In this document: positions 40,410 to 53,851 of the stretch, one piece after another
How the letters are laid out: each line of letters starts with the position of its first letter
Numbering within the stretch: position 1 is the first letter of the stretch
Assembly: GCF_025526975.1 (NCBI RefSeq)
Contig: NW_026515677.1
Location: 558,001-622,000 of the forward strand
Source: Fimicolochytrium jonesii
Lineage: Eukaryota
Direction: 5' to 3'
Length of the DNA stretch: 64,000 bases
Notes under the pieces: generated by a model
Told to the model about the DNA's origin: nothing
Seen by the model: the letters and a program-made list of their open reading frames with translations, nothing else
The model's database searches: none
Made by a program: the position numbers and the translations under genes

Positions 40410-42807
40410 CTAAACCTCCTTCGCGTCCCAGGTTCCTTTGACGTGTGTCACGGGCATCAACTTAGACGGCGCGGGGGCTTGAGTTTGCATTGGGTGAGGG
40501 AACGCCAGCACGGGCTCATGTTCTGCAAGATCCAAATGCCGGAGATGGCCCTCGGTCCGGGCCCACTGGCCCCACTCCTTGCTATGAGACGACCCACTCC
40601 AATCACTGCTGGTAATGAACCTCCCCGCATCGAACTTGCGTTCCAACCGTGACGATTTCTGCAAGACGCTCATGACTCCCGTCTTGTTGTTGTGGAAGGG
40701 GCGGGCGGCGGCGGCGGCAGAGGCGGAGGACGTTCGTGTGACGAGCGCATACACCACCAAAACGATCCCGAAACCGAGCAGCATCACCAGCGCGACACCG
40801 AACCGCAGATCATACGAAAACTCGACTCGGGACTCTAACACCGCCACGCACAACGGACAGGATCCGATCGCCATGCTCATGCTGCCGTTACCTGCCGCAT
40901 TCGGCACGCCCCGCATCGACACGAGGAAGGTGTCCGCCCACGTGTCGCGGACCATCGCGCTGAACTTGTTGAGGTCAAGCGCATCCGTTTCGTCCTGCAA
41001 GGCCGCGTTACTCGTGCGTGCGTTGATCGTAAAGATTTGTTCCCTGTCCAATTTGTCTGCGTGGATCCGCTTCCACATGACCCACGGGGACGAAGCCACG
41101 ATCGCTCCCAATGGGTTCATGTCATCTGGTCCCAGGTTCCCGTAATAATGCATCGCGTCCCCGCTCTTGTCCTCGACCAAACTGACGTTGCGGTAGTACA
41201 TGTAGGTAGCGTTAAAGGGAGTGTCATCGCGAGACAGCTTCGACGGGAGGTAGTCGAGCGTGATGTTCTTGTATTTTGTGCACCGTGCGTCCTCGCACGT
41301 TAGTTTGGGCTTAGCGAGGCCCACCTCGACCCCCATCGCACACAGAGCGATCTTGGTGACCTCGACGAGATCGCCTCTGATTGGCATATCGTAAGTGAAG
41401 GTGTTAACGACACATACACCGTCCAAAGGATTGCGCACTCTTGGCGAACCCGTATGGAGCGCCTGAATGCGGTTGTCGCATTCGAACAAGGCATTGGTAA
41501 TGGGCAGTGAGCCGAAAGTCCCATTGAAGGTAGCATTAGTCTGATGTGTCAAGACGGCAGAATCCATTTCTATCGGGGGGTCCATGTTGTTGTAGGTCGT
41601 CCAAATGAACTCTTGTTCTAGAACTCTGAAGTTCGGGACTTTATGGTTGTTGGGGTCTGCCACGCGTTCCTGCAGGACCGCGCGAGTCTCTTCCAAAATT
41701 TGGACCACGGCTGGGTCTCCGCTTGGTTTGGCAACCCGGAGAAACCTCTTTTCCTTTTCCGGCTCGCGCTGGATCCAAAGCCCAGTGAGATTGGTTTCCT
41801 GAAAGAAATGTATGCGTCAGGCGATGCGTTCCCCAAACGCATTCGCAGCAAAGTGAACAGCAATCGAACACAACAGATGTTGGCTGCCCAACTTACAAAA
41901 CGTATTGCGGCGATTTGAGAGTCCACGCACGAGTAAGTTGGACGAATCACCGTCGCCGGGGCGCCATACAGGATTTCGGAAACGTTCCCTTGGAACCCGT
42001 CTCGGATCTCGACTGCGGGAATAGCGATGACTCCCTGCGCATCCGGCAATTTGAGTATACCGTCGACGATCACCGAGTCTGCATTCTTCAGCATTCGCGC
42101 TTTCAAGTTGGGGGCCACAGACTTCGTACCGAGGATGCCTGTTTTTTTGTAGACTGCGCGGTATGTGTATCCATTCAGAGGGTGATCCCACCGCCATGGG
42201 TCGGTCAAATCCTCGTAATCTTGGTACGTACAGCCCATGGCGGTGATGTTTAGTCGGCAGCCCGTAGGTGCGCCCACTGTGATATTGTTGATCGTGACAT
42301 TGTCAGTATGCCGATCGAACAACGAGATGCTGCTATATCCATTCGACAAGAAAACACTCGAGTTAGATCCTTCCTTGGCGTCGACAAGGCGAGTGCGTAC
42401 GACAGTCCCAACGCCGAGCTGCGCGAGGGTCGACAAGAGCGGGACGAAAGCTACGGTCAATGCGGTGATCAGGATGAACAGCTGGATAGCGTTCCGATGG
42501 GCTCGCCAAGTCGACAAGGCCCGAAAGCCGATGGAGGCTGGGGAGTTCTGACTTGCACTGAGAACTGCCACCAGAGAGAGTTGAGTGGCCGAGACCCTTG
42601 CGTCGGTAATGTAGACGGTGAGGGCGGTCACGGCAGCCAGGCAGACCGCCCATCCAATGACCGTCACGGCGGCTTGAACTATGGTGGCACTTTTTTGACA
42701 CAAAAAAGAAAACGAGGTTATAGCCGCACTTGGTTTCAAGAACCGGCCAAGAACCGGTCTTACCCTACACCGGCTGAAACGTCCAGGACTACGATGGTAA
42801 AAGACAT
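40410..42807 (-). CDS. Uncharacterised multi-pass membrane glycoprotein (2 N-terminal TMs, large lumenal domain, C-terminal TM); 2 introns
   Basis: Long ORFs joined in frame by GT-AG introns (~42690-42763 and ~41801-41895); hydrophobic segments and many N-x-S/T sites. Confidence 0.7.
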
Positions 42808-43399
42808 TACGACGTACACAGATCAATCAGCAAACCGTCCGCCACAGCCTGAGTTCTCAAAGCTTGGGGGACAGCCCAACCCCCGTTTTATACTGTTTTC
42901 GAAGGCCCGCAGAACAAGATTACAGACTTTTTCCACGGTCAAAGTTTTCGTACAGGCCGATCACAGTGCGAAATATTTGGTGAACACATCCTGAACAATT
43001 TGTGCCTGGTGAAGCCTCTGTGCGCCAACTGAAAATTGGAACCTCCAACTATGTTCCCACGAGCTATTTTGTACACAAAGCTTGATGAAGGTCATCTTAA
43101 AGTTCGCCTCGGCTCTCGTCGCCCTCTCGAACTCGTTTTCGGTCCCAACTTCTCCACAGAATGTCCGCCGCGTCTTGTGGCGCGGTTTGCTCTCGCAGCT
43201 CTTCCTCACAATCTGAGAGGTCTCCTTCGCAAATGCCAAGCTTTCTGCACGTAATGCGCTATTGCCGTCTGGCAGTAGGAGGGCCATGATCAGAAATCAT
43301 CGTTTCTGACGTTCCTGTACTCGGAGTTGATCACCGCCCTTGTGTTTGAAAACACATTTCCCAATGTCCTCTGGGTGGGACGCGCGAATTTTCTGTGAT

Positions 43400-43418
43400 C
43401 CTAACCCTAACCCTAACC
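43400..43418 (+). repeat. (CCCTAA)3 telomere-like motif in the intergenic promoter region
   Basis: cctaaccctaaccctaacc, 160 bp upstream of the YOS1 ATG. Confidence 0.7.
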
Positions 43419-43577
43419 TGCTGAGATTTGGACCGGCAAAGACTCAACTTCAAAGTGGCACCACCATCTTCAACCGGCAGAGAACCTGCCCCATCTTGAC
43501 CACTCTTCAGCGGACTCACGTTCACGACCTCCCCGGGCGAATCTAGTGCAGCTTTACCGACGTCGACTCCCTTCACC

Positions 43578-44253
43578 ATGTCAATCAGGGAGTCCATCGG
43601 CACCCTGTTTTACGTCATTTTACTGCTGATCAATGCGGTCGCAATCTTGCACGAGGAGCGGTTTCTTGCTAGAAGTAAGTATTGGAGGAAGCGGACTGAA
43701 GGAGCTTGACTACGACCGTCCTAGTGTGAGAACCCGAGCGGTAGCGAGCCCATGTCGCCGGAGTGTGAGTGAAGCGAGGGGCAAGGATGCTTGAGGATGG
43801 CGAATGTGAGCGAGCCGAGGTCGCTCTTGCGACCTATAGCGAGAAAATCTTTTGCGTCACTTGAGCCCAGCATCTTAGCGGCGAGCATGAGCGAGCAGGG
43901 CTATTCATCATTCTACCATCCACGTCTCGTGCATCGATTGGTCACCTCACGCCGCTCCTTGGCAAAGGTGCTAACGAATTTACGTTCCCTTTCCTCTTGC
44001 TATCGTACAGTCGGTTTAGCCCACTCCTCATCACAAGCACAGTTCGGAGACCAAACGCAAACAGTCAAGTATAAGATCATAAATCTCATTTCTGCTATCA
44101 GGACTTTATTGCGATGTAGGTTTTTCCGAATGCCAAATGACACCATGCCTCTTCTTTTCAATCACATACTAATGGATTCCGATCCTAGTCCCTCTGGTCG
44201 CGATAAACATCGTCATAATTGTCTACGAGCTCATCTTCGGCTCCATAAGCTAA
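43578..44253 (+). CDS. YOS1: Yos1 / IER3IP1 ER-Golgi transport protein, 3 exons (absent from the ORF track as one ORF)
   Basis: MSIRESIGTLFYVILLLINAVAILHEERFLAR|IGL...VKYKIINLISAIRTLLR|FPLVAINIVIIVYELIFG. Confidence 0.92.
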
Positions 44254-44382
44254 TCAGGAGTGCATCAGCAAATCACCCAGCAGCGCTCGAATTGCTCGAA
44301 TATTGTGTATATACAGAGGGGGGAAATGGCAGTGTGCCACATATCTATAGGATCTTTTTGGAGGTGGAAGAGCCGCACGACG

Positions 44383-46914
44383 TTACGATTGCCCATCATT
44401 TCCTTCTAGCGATAAATTAGACGGTGGTAGGAACGACGGAAATGTCCTTGGCGAGTCGGTGTCGCTGTGCCCAATACCATCGAATTCGACCACGTGGTCC
44501 CCGCTCTCGCTGTCGCCATCCTCACCGCCACTGCTGTCGTCGTCATCGTCACTTGATGTGCCCGACGAGTCTTCCCTGTCGCTCGGTATATACGCCTTTA
44601 GATCCATCTCGGCGGCTGTGATGGCGCCTTCGAATAGGTAGTGATGTGGTACGTGGCCTTGGCGGTATTGAGGGGTGGAGCTGATCGTGGATGACTCTGT
44701 TTGCCCAGTTTCTGGGGTCCGTGGTGGATTTGCGGCCGGCTGCAGTTGGATCTTTGGATGCTCGAGCTTCCAATCAAGCATGGAGCAGAGCTGGGCGCAG
44801 ATGTTGTCGCAGTAACCAAGGAGTTGGACGTCAAAGCCGGCCATGTGCGGGAGGGATTCCATGTTGATGAGGACTTGGGGGACGTGGTGGGGGATTTTGT
44901 CTGTATGGTTGCGGAAAAATTAGATCAAAATGTTATCCCCTCTTCAGAATCTGCACATTACCTTGTTCTTACCTTTTACATCAGCAACCGGCGAAACTTT
45001 CAACGAGGATCCCATCACGATGAGCAGATCTACTTTCTCTCTATCTTGTGCAAACAGCCGATCAAACTCGTCTGGTAGCATCTCGCCGAAAAAGGTGATC
45101 CCTGGCTTCATGATCCCGTCCTTTTCTTCGGGGCATTTGGGACACATCGGAACTGTCTGGAGTTTTCAAGGAGTTCAGTACACTTCTCCTTGTGACGAAG
45201 TGTAGGCTGCCCGCTCACCGACCTGGTTGAATATATCCTCCTTCAGAGCTGTCCCGTCCGTGGTATAACCGCAAACTATGCATTTTGCAGTTGCAAACGA
45301 TCCTGCAAGAGTTGACTTGTGTTAGTCGTCCGAAAACATATACGGGGCATTCTACAGGCGCCAAAGACGGTACCATACCATGACATTGCACAACTCGCTC
45401 TATCCCGGCCAACTGCTCTATCGTATCGATGTTCTGCGTGTAATTCCGCAGCAGTTTCCCCTTCTCTTCCAATAGCTTGATGAACATATGTGATGGGGAC
45501 GGACGGAAGTTGCTGGGGTATATTTCCTGTGCATGCATTGAGGAGTTAGCCTATTAATCAATAACAAAGATGACCTGCAATTAGCATACAAACCTTCGCA
45601 AAGGTATAGAAGGTTTTCGGTTGAATGCGAAAGTATTGTATATCGAACATTTGCTGCTCCGATGGGGTACCCTGTAAGACTCTGTGCCCATTGACAAGGC
45701 GGTAGTAGCGACATCTATCCCACCTGTGGGTCATCCAAGTCAAACTCATCAAGCCGGGAATAGATGCCATTCTTCGATCGAAAGTCTGGGATGCCGCAGC
45801 TCACTGAGACCTGTAGATCGGGTGAGAGGACTGCCAGACTGGCACACACAAGCTCCCAGAGTGTGGAGTATGATACGTACCCCTGCACCGGTGAGGACTA
45901 CGATATTCTTGCAGGTCATTAACAGCTCGACCACTTGCTCGATTGTGTTAATGTCTTGTCGTTTGGGTCTTTTGGCGATCTGAAGGAGGACGATGCAAGA
46001 TGTTGTTAGGCATCTAGGAAAGGAACAGATCGTGATGTAGATCTGGTACCTTCTTCATCATCACCGCCTTGAGCAGCGGTAAAAGGTCATCGGGGTCTGC
46101 GGTCTTCAGCGCTTCAGGCTGCAAACGCGTAATAGATGTCGACATCAATGATCAGCTTCACTCCATAACGCATGCAAAAGTGGGGTGCTTACAAGCTCGT
46201 AGTCAAATACTTTGAAGAGTTCGTTGAACGGGAGTGCTCCGAATTTGTCTAGCCATTCCCAGAAGTCTGTTTGCATATGAAGACGCCGAGGTTAGATGAA
46301 AACGTGGTGGTCGAACATCAGGGGCCGCATCCCGTGCTTGGATCCGGCATCCCCGTGAGACTCGCCCACATCCACGCTGCCATCGGTGGGCACCTACCCA
46401 GATGCCTAGCCTCATCCTGCATAATCTGTCTCGTCTTCTCACTCAACGTAAACTCCACCGTCGCCGATCCTCCAACCGCCACGCCCGCACCCACGTCCGC
46501 AGCCCCCGCCGCACCAATGCCATCGCCACCCTTTGCATTCGACGCGTCGGCAGAAGTCGCAGGTGTTTTTCGTGGTTCGGTGATCTCTGCTGCATGACTG
46601 TGATGGTTGTTCCCGGTTGGATGGGAACTGTGGTGATCCCCGACAAGTTGACGCTCGGCTGTGACGGTGTCGACTTCGTGACCGTGTCCCGTGTGTTCGA
46701 CTGCGACTTTAACGTGGGGCAGGACGTCGCTTCCTAGCTCTAGTTCGTTTGGGGTTGCGTCTACGTGGACCTACGAAACGAACACGCAGAGGTTAGCGGC
46801 AGGAATGCGCAGAAAGGTGAGGAATCGCACCAGGCACACCTCCTCGTCGCTCGCAGGTGCCCCCGTTTTGACTCTCTTCGCGGGCGGCAGCCCGCGGTCT
46901 TCTTCGTCAGCCAT
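44383..46914 (-). CDS. SIR2: NAD-dependent deacetylase Sir2/SIRT1 (class I sirtuin), multi-exon
   Basis: [42 protein letters not shown]...[30 protein letters not shown]. Confidence 0.93.
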
Positions 46915-48085
46915 AACAGAGGAAGCTGCGGACTGTTACAGGAAGGGCAATTGATACAACTTGGCAAGCCAGATCAGATTGACTTTGGTTTTGGTACCCG
47001 GCGCCGACCAAACTACGGATGTGCAACCGGACTCAGCGGAGTGAATGACGCAAGCGGACTGGGGTACTATCTGAATAAGCTTCGTTCTGAGCTACATCCG
47101 CAAACGTTGCCGAGATGGCTGTTTTTCTGAGGTTGAAAGAGCCCATCCCGTCAATTTGAACGTTGTTGCCGTCAATCTGATGACTCACGCTTCTTCCTTC
47201 CCTGGAAAGACACCGCTCACACCGCTCACATGAAAATGGACATCTCATATGGCTGGATTCGGATATCTGCAAGGATGTTTTGTCAAGGATTACCGGCGAA
47301 TATGGTCGCAGAATATCAAACGGAGTTTTCCATCTGGTCTTAGGACTCAAAAGTCTGGTGAAAACACTTCCCCAAGACGCCGGTGTGGCTCGCCGACGAT
47401 GTGCATTCTCTAGGGATGGCAGATATTCGCCGGTCGGCATCAACCCCTGGTCATCGCTCCAACCTTTCCTTTTGCCCGTCCGCCGCATCTTAACGATCCA
47501 TTGATGCCCTCAGAAACACCACCACAGACTCGGACGGGCCGACCTACAAAGCGGCATTGTTCTCTACCCTCACGGCAAACTCCAGAAGCCATCTGTACAC
47601 TCCCGGAACTAGCCTCACTCTCCGAGGTGCCCGACTTAAAATCAATATGTGTAGAGCAACGGGCTCTCTGACACTTCATCTGAGTCGGGATCCTACACAG
47701 GGAGACATGACCAGATGTGGCTGTCTGGCAGCGACGCCCTTTATGATATCTGCCCGCAGTGAACTTCCCTCAAATAACTATCAATATCAGATCCAACGGG
47801 GAAAACGACTGTGTCGGAGTAAGCGTTGTGGCTTCATGCCCATCGGTCGCCACCCAGGCGAGGGAACCGGGCGGCTTGCTTTTCTTTTGGGCTGCTGCCC
47901 GTAATACGATTAAACAGCAGCCGCAATCTCCAATGACGCGCTCCCATCATTTCGCACACCTTGCCAGCCTTGCCCAGCCGCCACCTTGCCTCAGTTTCCG
48001 CTTTTCCTCCAAGCTGAGACATTGCAGACAACTCAAGAAGGAACAGACCTACGCTATCAGTTGGTCTACAGAAGAACAAGAAACC

Positions 48086-49428
48086 ATGACTTCCGCGGAT
48101 CCAGGACATATAGGTAACGCGCGCGACTGTTTATCACGATGACTGACTGGATGGGCATTGAACTTTTCCTTTCGCCAAATTCACAGATAACTTGACTAAG
48201 GGGCAGGAGGAGGTAAGGAGTCGGCTAGGTACAGTCGAACGAGCGGCCGCTTCCGTTTGTAAAGCCGTTTGCAGGGCCGGTAACCTTGTGCACGTATAGG
48301 CACTCCGTCAATTCTGGGTCTCGTTATTTGACTCCATATCATCGTCCCCTGACCCCGAGCGGCTAACGGAGGAGCTGTGGCTAGCCTGTGCGGAAGACCG
48401 GCCGTGCACGCTCATGCTCCGGTACCTGCGAGCGAGGAAATGGGACGTGGCCAAGGCCGTTGCGCAAACGGTTGCGACACTGAAGTGGAGGGTGGAATTC
48501 GGAGTGAGCAAAGTTTTGGCGCTGGGAGAGCGAGCGTGTGATGTTAAGGAGTTGGAGAGTGGCAAGACGTACTTTCAGGGAAGGGATAAGGAGGGGCGGC
48601 CTTGCTGGTAAGTGGACTGAAGGCGGGCCGGAGCTATATATACTTGGACAACAACCCTAACCTTAACCTTCCCCCAGCTACGTCCACGCAGCCCTCCACG
48701 ACAAAACAATAACCGACCGTGCCCTCGGCAAAAACCTGACCGTCCTCACCTTGGAAACCGGCCGGTTCCTCCTTGAGCCGCCTCAAGAAATGGCCACCAT
48801 CGTGTTCGACATGACTAACTTTGGACTCAAGAATATGGATTACGAGTTTGTCAAGTTCCTGCTGCAGTGCATGCAGGATTTCTACCCCGAGTCGCTTGGA
48901 AAGGCTCTTGTCGTCAACGCGCCGTGGGTGTTCAACGGCTGTTGGGCGATTATCAAACCGTGGCTGGATCCGGTGGTCGTGTCAAAGATCCATTTTGTGA
49001 AGGTGGACGAGTTGCCCAAGCATATTGATGTTGCGCATTTGCCGGAGAAATTGGGAGGGAAAGCGAAGGATTACGCGTACGTTCCACCAAGCGAAGCCGA
49101 TGAGGCGGAATACCAGAGGCTAAGGGCAGATAAGGATGGGGAAGCGAAAGCGTGGACTGCGTTTAGGAACGCATATACGAAGTTCGACAAAGTGACGCTG
49201 CAGTGGGCGAAAGGTGATGCGGGGAAGTTGGAGGAAAAGCCGGAAGCCGAGAAAGAGCTGAAGTTGACGTACAATGAGCTGTCTCCGTATATCAGGTTGG
49301 TCGTGATAATTTCCCAGGTTCCCATATATAGGGTTGACGAACTGATACTGACCATCTGACATAGGACAAGAACCATCGTTCACCGCCGCGGTTTGCTAAA
49401 CGACCCTGCGTTCCCACCTCATGCGTAA
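48086..49428 (+). CDS. CRAL-TRIO / Sec14-family lipid-binding protein (Csr1-like), multi-exon
   Basis: LMLRYLRARKWDVAKA...LKWR, GRDKEGRP, IVFDMTNFGLKNMDY, DFYPESLG, NAPWVF..CWAIIKPWLDPVVVSKIHF. Confidence 0.9.
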
Positions 49429-49501
49429 TCTCACTCCCCTTATTTCGAGTCACCTCATTTCAGGCGTTACTTTTTAGAATGCAGACTTCACCCTAGAGCC
49501 T

Positions 49502-49523
49502 CCCCCCCCCCCCCCCCCCCCCC
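49502..49523 (+). repeat. Poly(C)22 homopolymer
   Basis: Read directly; lies between convergent 3' ends. Confidence 0.9.
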
Positions 49524-49903
49524 GTCCCCACCTGAAGCTACAGTAGACGTCGTACTAGCATCTGTATATTTTGGTCTTAATGATCCACGTTAATGATAGA
49601 TAACTCACGTCTGCTGATCGTGGGGTACGTGTGCATGCCATATGTATTTTCTGTCCCAGTAAAAACATACAGATTACGCTGCATCTAAATCATAGCTGTG
49701 GTATCACCCTTTCTTCCCGTCTCATGACTTTACACCTCCAGAGGTAGACGTGTCTTTCGTTTTGCTGGGGGTTCATGACGGTACTTCAGCTGCAAAGTGG
49801 GGCTGTGTGGTCATTCTGTCGTTGAAGTACGTCTAGCCAACCTGACACCAACAGCAGCGGTAACCCATCCCCTCCAGCTCGCCAATGACTTTCCAAGCCC
49901 CAT

Positions 49904-50269
49904 CTAGTGGTGTCCATGCCCCCCAATCCTCTTCTCCCTCTCCTCCATCCACCTCTGCCATTTCTCATTCTCCTCCCTCCCAGGCCCACTCGTCTGATAC
50001 CACTTATCGTACGCCACGTACACCGCAAAGGCCGCCGTCGCCATGCCCAGGCCGGGGACCATGGCTTTGACCCGGTTGGCGCGGGAGAAGTAGTCGTTGT
50101 AGCGCCATGCGTCGCGTTTGGCCCACGGGTCGGGCTTGCGGGCGCCGCCGTCGAGGAAGGGCGGGTTCGGGCGGAAGGCTTTGAAGGGGAAGTAGGCGAA
50201 CTCCGGGGCCGGGTACTTGAAGGCCGCGCCGGTGGGAGGAGGGGGGATGGGTTTGGCGGGTGGAGACAT
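49904..50269 (-). CDS. NDUFB3: NADH:ubiquinone oxidoreductase B12 subunit (NDUFB3 family)
   Basis: DPWAKRDAWRY...FSRANRVKAMVPGLGMATAAFAVYVAYD and His-rich C-terminus GHGHH. Confidence 0.85.
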   Translation of the reverse strand: MSPPAKPIPPPPTGAAFKYPAPEFAYFPFKAFRPNPPFLDGGARKPDPWAKRDAWRYNDYFSRANRVKAMVPGLGMATAAFAVYVAYDKWYQTSGPGREENEKWQRWMEEREKRIGGHGHH

Positions 50270-50650
50270 GATGTCGGGTTTTTGTTCGATGCGGAGCTGA
50301 TCCAGTTGAGACGTCGGCGACCGAATTGGGGTTTGGCTAGGGCGCCCTCCTGCGGCGGGTTGATTCCCTGTTGGTGAGAATGTCAGGTTTCTCTCCCTTT
50401 GCAGGTGTGCGACTGGGTGAAGCCCTTGACCTCTTTCAATGTACTCACGGTGGATATCGATGAGAGAGAGAGTAGTTTTGCTGCTAAAATGCGGGTCTTG
50501 CACAAGTTGCAGGTGGTTGCTTTCAGGCTTTCGGTCCTCGCCGCGCTCCTGAAAATCACCCTGACCAGTTTCTGACGGGTCTCCAACACCGACCTTGACC
50601 CATCTCGCCTGCACGACCAGCCCGATTTAGATACCCCGCTTGTCTCGAGA

Positions 50651-51601
50651 ATGCCTCCCAAGCGGTCGTCTTCCAAGGCCCCTCCTGCAAAGCCCAAAAG
50701 CTCCTCGACAGCTGGGTCCAAGCGAGCCGCCGCTTCCTCTTCAAACATCGCATCTTCCAGTAAGAAACGCTCCTCCACCGGCGCTGTCACCGCAACCCAT
50801 ATCAAGGAGTACCCCGCCACCTTTCAATGCAAATCAGGCTACATCCTCTGGGGCCATCTTCACACAGTCTGGACAGGAGCCACCTCCACCCGTACGGACT
50901 CGATGCTAGCCGAGCCAGAATACGCGGAGGGCGGGACCATCGCCTCCGCGCTCCACCAGTACCGCACGCAAGCCCGTCGCGGGACATGGCTAGTCGAACG
51001 CCTCTTCATGGACGGTGTTCACATGGGATGCATCGCGCACCACGAAGACGTGTCTGCGAAGGAACTTCTGCTGGGTTCTGCGATGCTCGGCGAGTCCCGC
51101 TGGCCAGAACAGCAGATTCAGAGAGTGGGCAGGTATGACTGGTCGGCTGCGTATGACGGAGTCGCGACAACCGAGATGGTTCAGAGATTGAAGGAGAACG
51201 GCGCCCCTGGCCCTTCAAAGCGCCGTCGTCGTCGGAGTGACGATGATGACGACGACGAGGATGATGCGCTGGTGGAGTACCTGGACTGCCTGCGATCCAG
51301 GTGCTGTATCCTTCTCGACGCGGACCGCTTTGGGGATTTTAAAACCATGATCAGGAATAAACCGAGACAACTGACGCAGGATGGCGTCTGCGTGTTTGGC
51401 GAGGGGGAAAGCAACGTTGGCGTGGTTTACAAGCCGGTGGATAGCGAGTATGAGTTTGCCTGGATGTGTTACGCGGAGGATGGAGAGGAAATGGTTGGGT
51501 TCGTCTATGATGCAGCGTACACGCTGTTGGAGAATTTTGATGAGGATATGTCTGTGGAGGACACGGTGGTCATCAAGCAGGACGGGATAGCAGTGGAGTG
51601 A
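50651..51601 (+). CDS. Hypothetical 316-aa protein, intronless, with basic N-terminus and NLS-like KRRRRR
   Basis: Long ORF with globular-looking core (GYILWGHLH, QARRGTW, VGRYDW); family not recognised. Confidence 0.7.
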   Translation: MPPKRSSSKAPPAKPKSSSTAGSKRAAASSSNIASSSKKRSSTGAVTATHIKEYPATFQCKSGYILWGHLHTVWTGATSTRTDSMLAEPEYAEGGTIASALHQYRTQARRGTWLVERLFMDGVHMGCIAHHEDVSAKELLLGSAMLGESRWPEQQIQRVGRYDWSAAYDGVATTEMVQRLKENGAPGPSKRRRRRSDDDDDDEDDALVEYLDCLRSRCCILLDADRFGDFKTMIRNKPRQLTQDGVCVFGEGESNVGVVYKPVDSEYEFAWMCYAEDGEEMVGFVYDAAYTLLENFDEDMSVEDTVVIKQDGIAVE

Positions 51602-52350
51602 GGCTTTCGCTGCCAGTTTTCTGGTATCAACGACATCAGCATTTAGTGACGTGCAGAGGCTATCGGAAAGCGGACCGGCGGGCCGGCTGCTTATAAGTGG
51701 AGGCGAAGAGTCGCTTCCGCGCTCGCCTCTTCCCTCGGCGACAGCCGACCGTCGTCGTAAGGCCCTCAATATTATCCCCCAAAAAATTATATTTCGTTGC
51801 TTTGGGGTCCTTGATACAAGCACTGTGGTGTAGAAGATCGTCCATATGATGCTACACAGCAGCGGCCCATGTATGAGGGTAAACGTAGAATGTTAAGAAG
51901 GGACCAAGAAGACGACGGTGAGAAGCTTTGAGGATAGTTTTGAGGATAGGATGTTTCAAAGATAGTTGAGTTAGTCCCTTTGCGAACTCCCGTCATTTGG
52001 CCCACGGAGTGCCCCAGTGGGCATGGGCCATGGGCCATGGGCGAAGCATAAGTTGTAGCCCAAAAGCGTAGGACAGCGGTGTAATGTCTAGCGCCAAACT
52101 TCCATGACTGTGAAAAGCAAGTCACACTTCTCACAGTAATAAAGGAAGGCTTGCGTTCTCAACTTCTCATGTGAGATGGCGAACGCGCGCGTGCCCCGCC
52201 GCGGTTTGTCACTCTGTGGCAGCATTTTTTCTCGCTATGGCAAACTGGCGGCCCCATACATAAGGACTACCTCCTTCCCCGCTGTTCAGTGCGTCCCCAT
52301 CCAAGTGTCATTGTCAAAGTAGAACGGTGTTGACTAGACCCCCAGCCAAA

Positions 52351-53851
52351 ATGACCGTCAAACAGGTTCAAGCCAGCACACTCGTGTTGCCCATTATCGA
52401 CCTGAGGGCTTTCTTATCCGACCCCGAGTCCGCGGAGGCCAAAGCAGAATGCGAGAAGGTGAATATGAACGGTCCAGCTTAGTGCTCAAACAAATCCAGC
52501 GGCAGAAGCCCGTACTGCGCGGCGACGAATCCTGTCGCAACTCTATCTCCCGACACTAACAAACCCAACGTTTCCTCCAGGCCGCCGAAGCACTGACAAA
52601 GTACTCGGCGCTAGCCGTCCGCGACCCTCGCGTCTCCGAAGACGAAAACCGGAAGTTCCTCGACACCATGGAAGACTACTTTGCTCAACCATACGACGCA
52701 AAGCTGCCTGACGCTCGCCCCGATTTTGGCTACCAAGTCGGTGTGACGCCCGAGAACACCGAGAAGCCGAGGTGTGGTCGTGATGAGTCGTGTAATGCGA
52801 TGGTGGCGCAGATGGCGGAGGAGAACAAGCCGCTACCGTACGATGGAACGGACCCCAAATGGCGATTTGTGAGTGCGATTTGACGCATTTGGGAATCGGG
52901 CTGGTATGTGGAGGGAAGGCTAAAATGGCACGTTTCAACAGTTCTGGAGGATTGGCGAGGCTCCCAAGGAGACCCAGTTCCAACGTCTGAACGCCAGCCC
53001 TGTGATGCCTGCTGGTATGTCGAGATAACGGAACGCTCTATGCCATTAGGAGTCAAGCTGACCTCTTTGGTTCCCCCAAACCAGCCTTCCCGCAATGGGA
53101 GACCGTCATGAACACCTGGGGATACCTTATGCACGACGCCGTCAGTGTCCTGGCCGAGATGCTTGCGATCGGATTTGGGCTTCCACGGAAGACATTCGTG
53201 GACATGGCAAAGTATGGGCCGCATCTCCTGGCTCCTACTGGAAGCGACTTGGAGAAATACGGCAAGGTCGGAACAGTATTGGCTGGTTTCCACACGTAAG
53301 TGAGGCTTAACGATAGGCCGATAGGCCCCACAGTTGGAGTTCGCTGAAAGAGCGCACTAACGTTCACATTCTTCTAGGGATCTCAACTTCCTCACCATTC
53401 ACGGCAAATCCCGCTTCCCCGGTCTTCACGTGTGGACCCGTGAAGGCCAGAAGCTTCTTGCCAAAGTGCCGGATGGCTGTCTCCTTGTGCAGGCAGGCAA
53501 GCAGATGCAATGGTTGACTGGTGGACACGTGACGGCCGGCTTCCACGAAGTCTGCGTTGTTGAGGATACACTTAAGGTAAGACGGGAAAACTCCCCGCAA
53601 CGGACATCCATTCAATGACGGTACTCATTCATTTTCCGCCCCAGTCGATTGAGCGCCAAAAAGCACAAAACCGCCCACTCTGGCGTATCTCCTCGACGCT
53701 ATTCTACCACATTGCATCCGACAATGTCCTGCGACCTCTCGGTGGCTTTGCGACCCCACAGGCGTTGAAACAGTATCCCGACATTTTGGCGGGCAAGCAG
53801 GTGCAAGCCGAGCTGGGATTCATTAGCTTGATGGATGAGAAGACGGTATAG
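52351..53851 (+). CDS. 2-oxoglutarate/Fe(II)-dependent dioxygenase (IPNS/clavaminate synthase-like), multi-exon
   Basis: LPIIDL, VRDPRVSE, YQVGVTPE, GPHLLAPTGSDL, GFHT|DLNFLTIHGKSRFPGL (HxD), AGFHEV, WRISSTLF. Confidence 0.88.

Noticed and set aside
48653..48668. AACCCTAACCTTAACC as a telomeric repeat
   Set aside because: Lies at the branch-point position (CTAAC) of a CRAL-TRIO intron.
49904..50614. 236-aa extended NDUFB3 ORF from the ORF track
   Set aside because: Starts at a non-ATG codon; the upstream part is promoter/UTR and the plausible start is ATG 50269.
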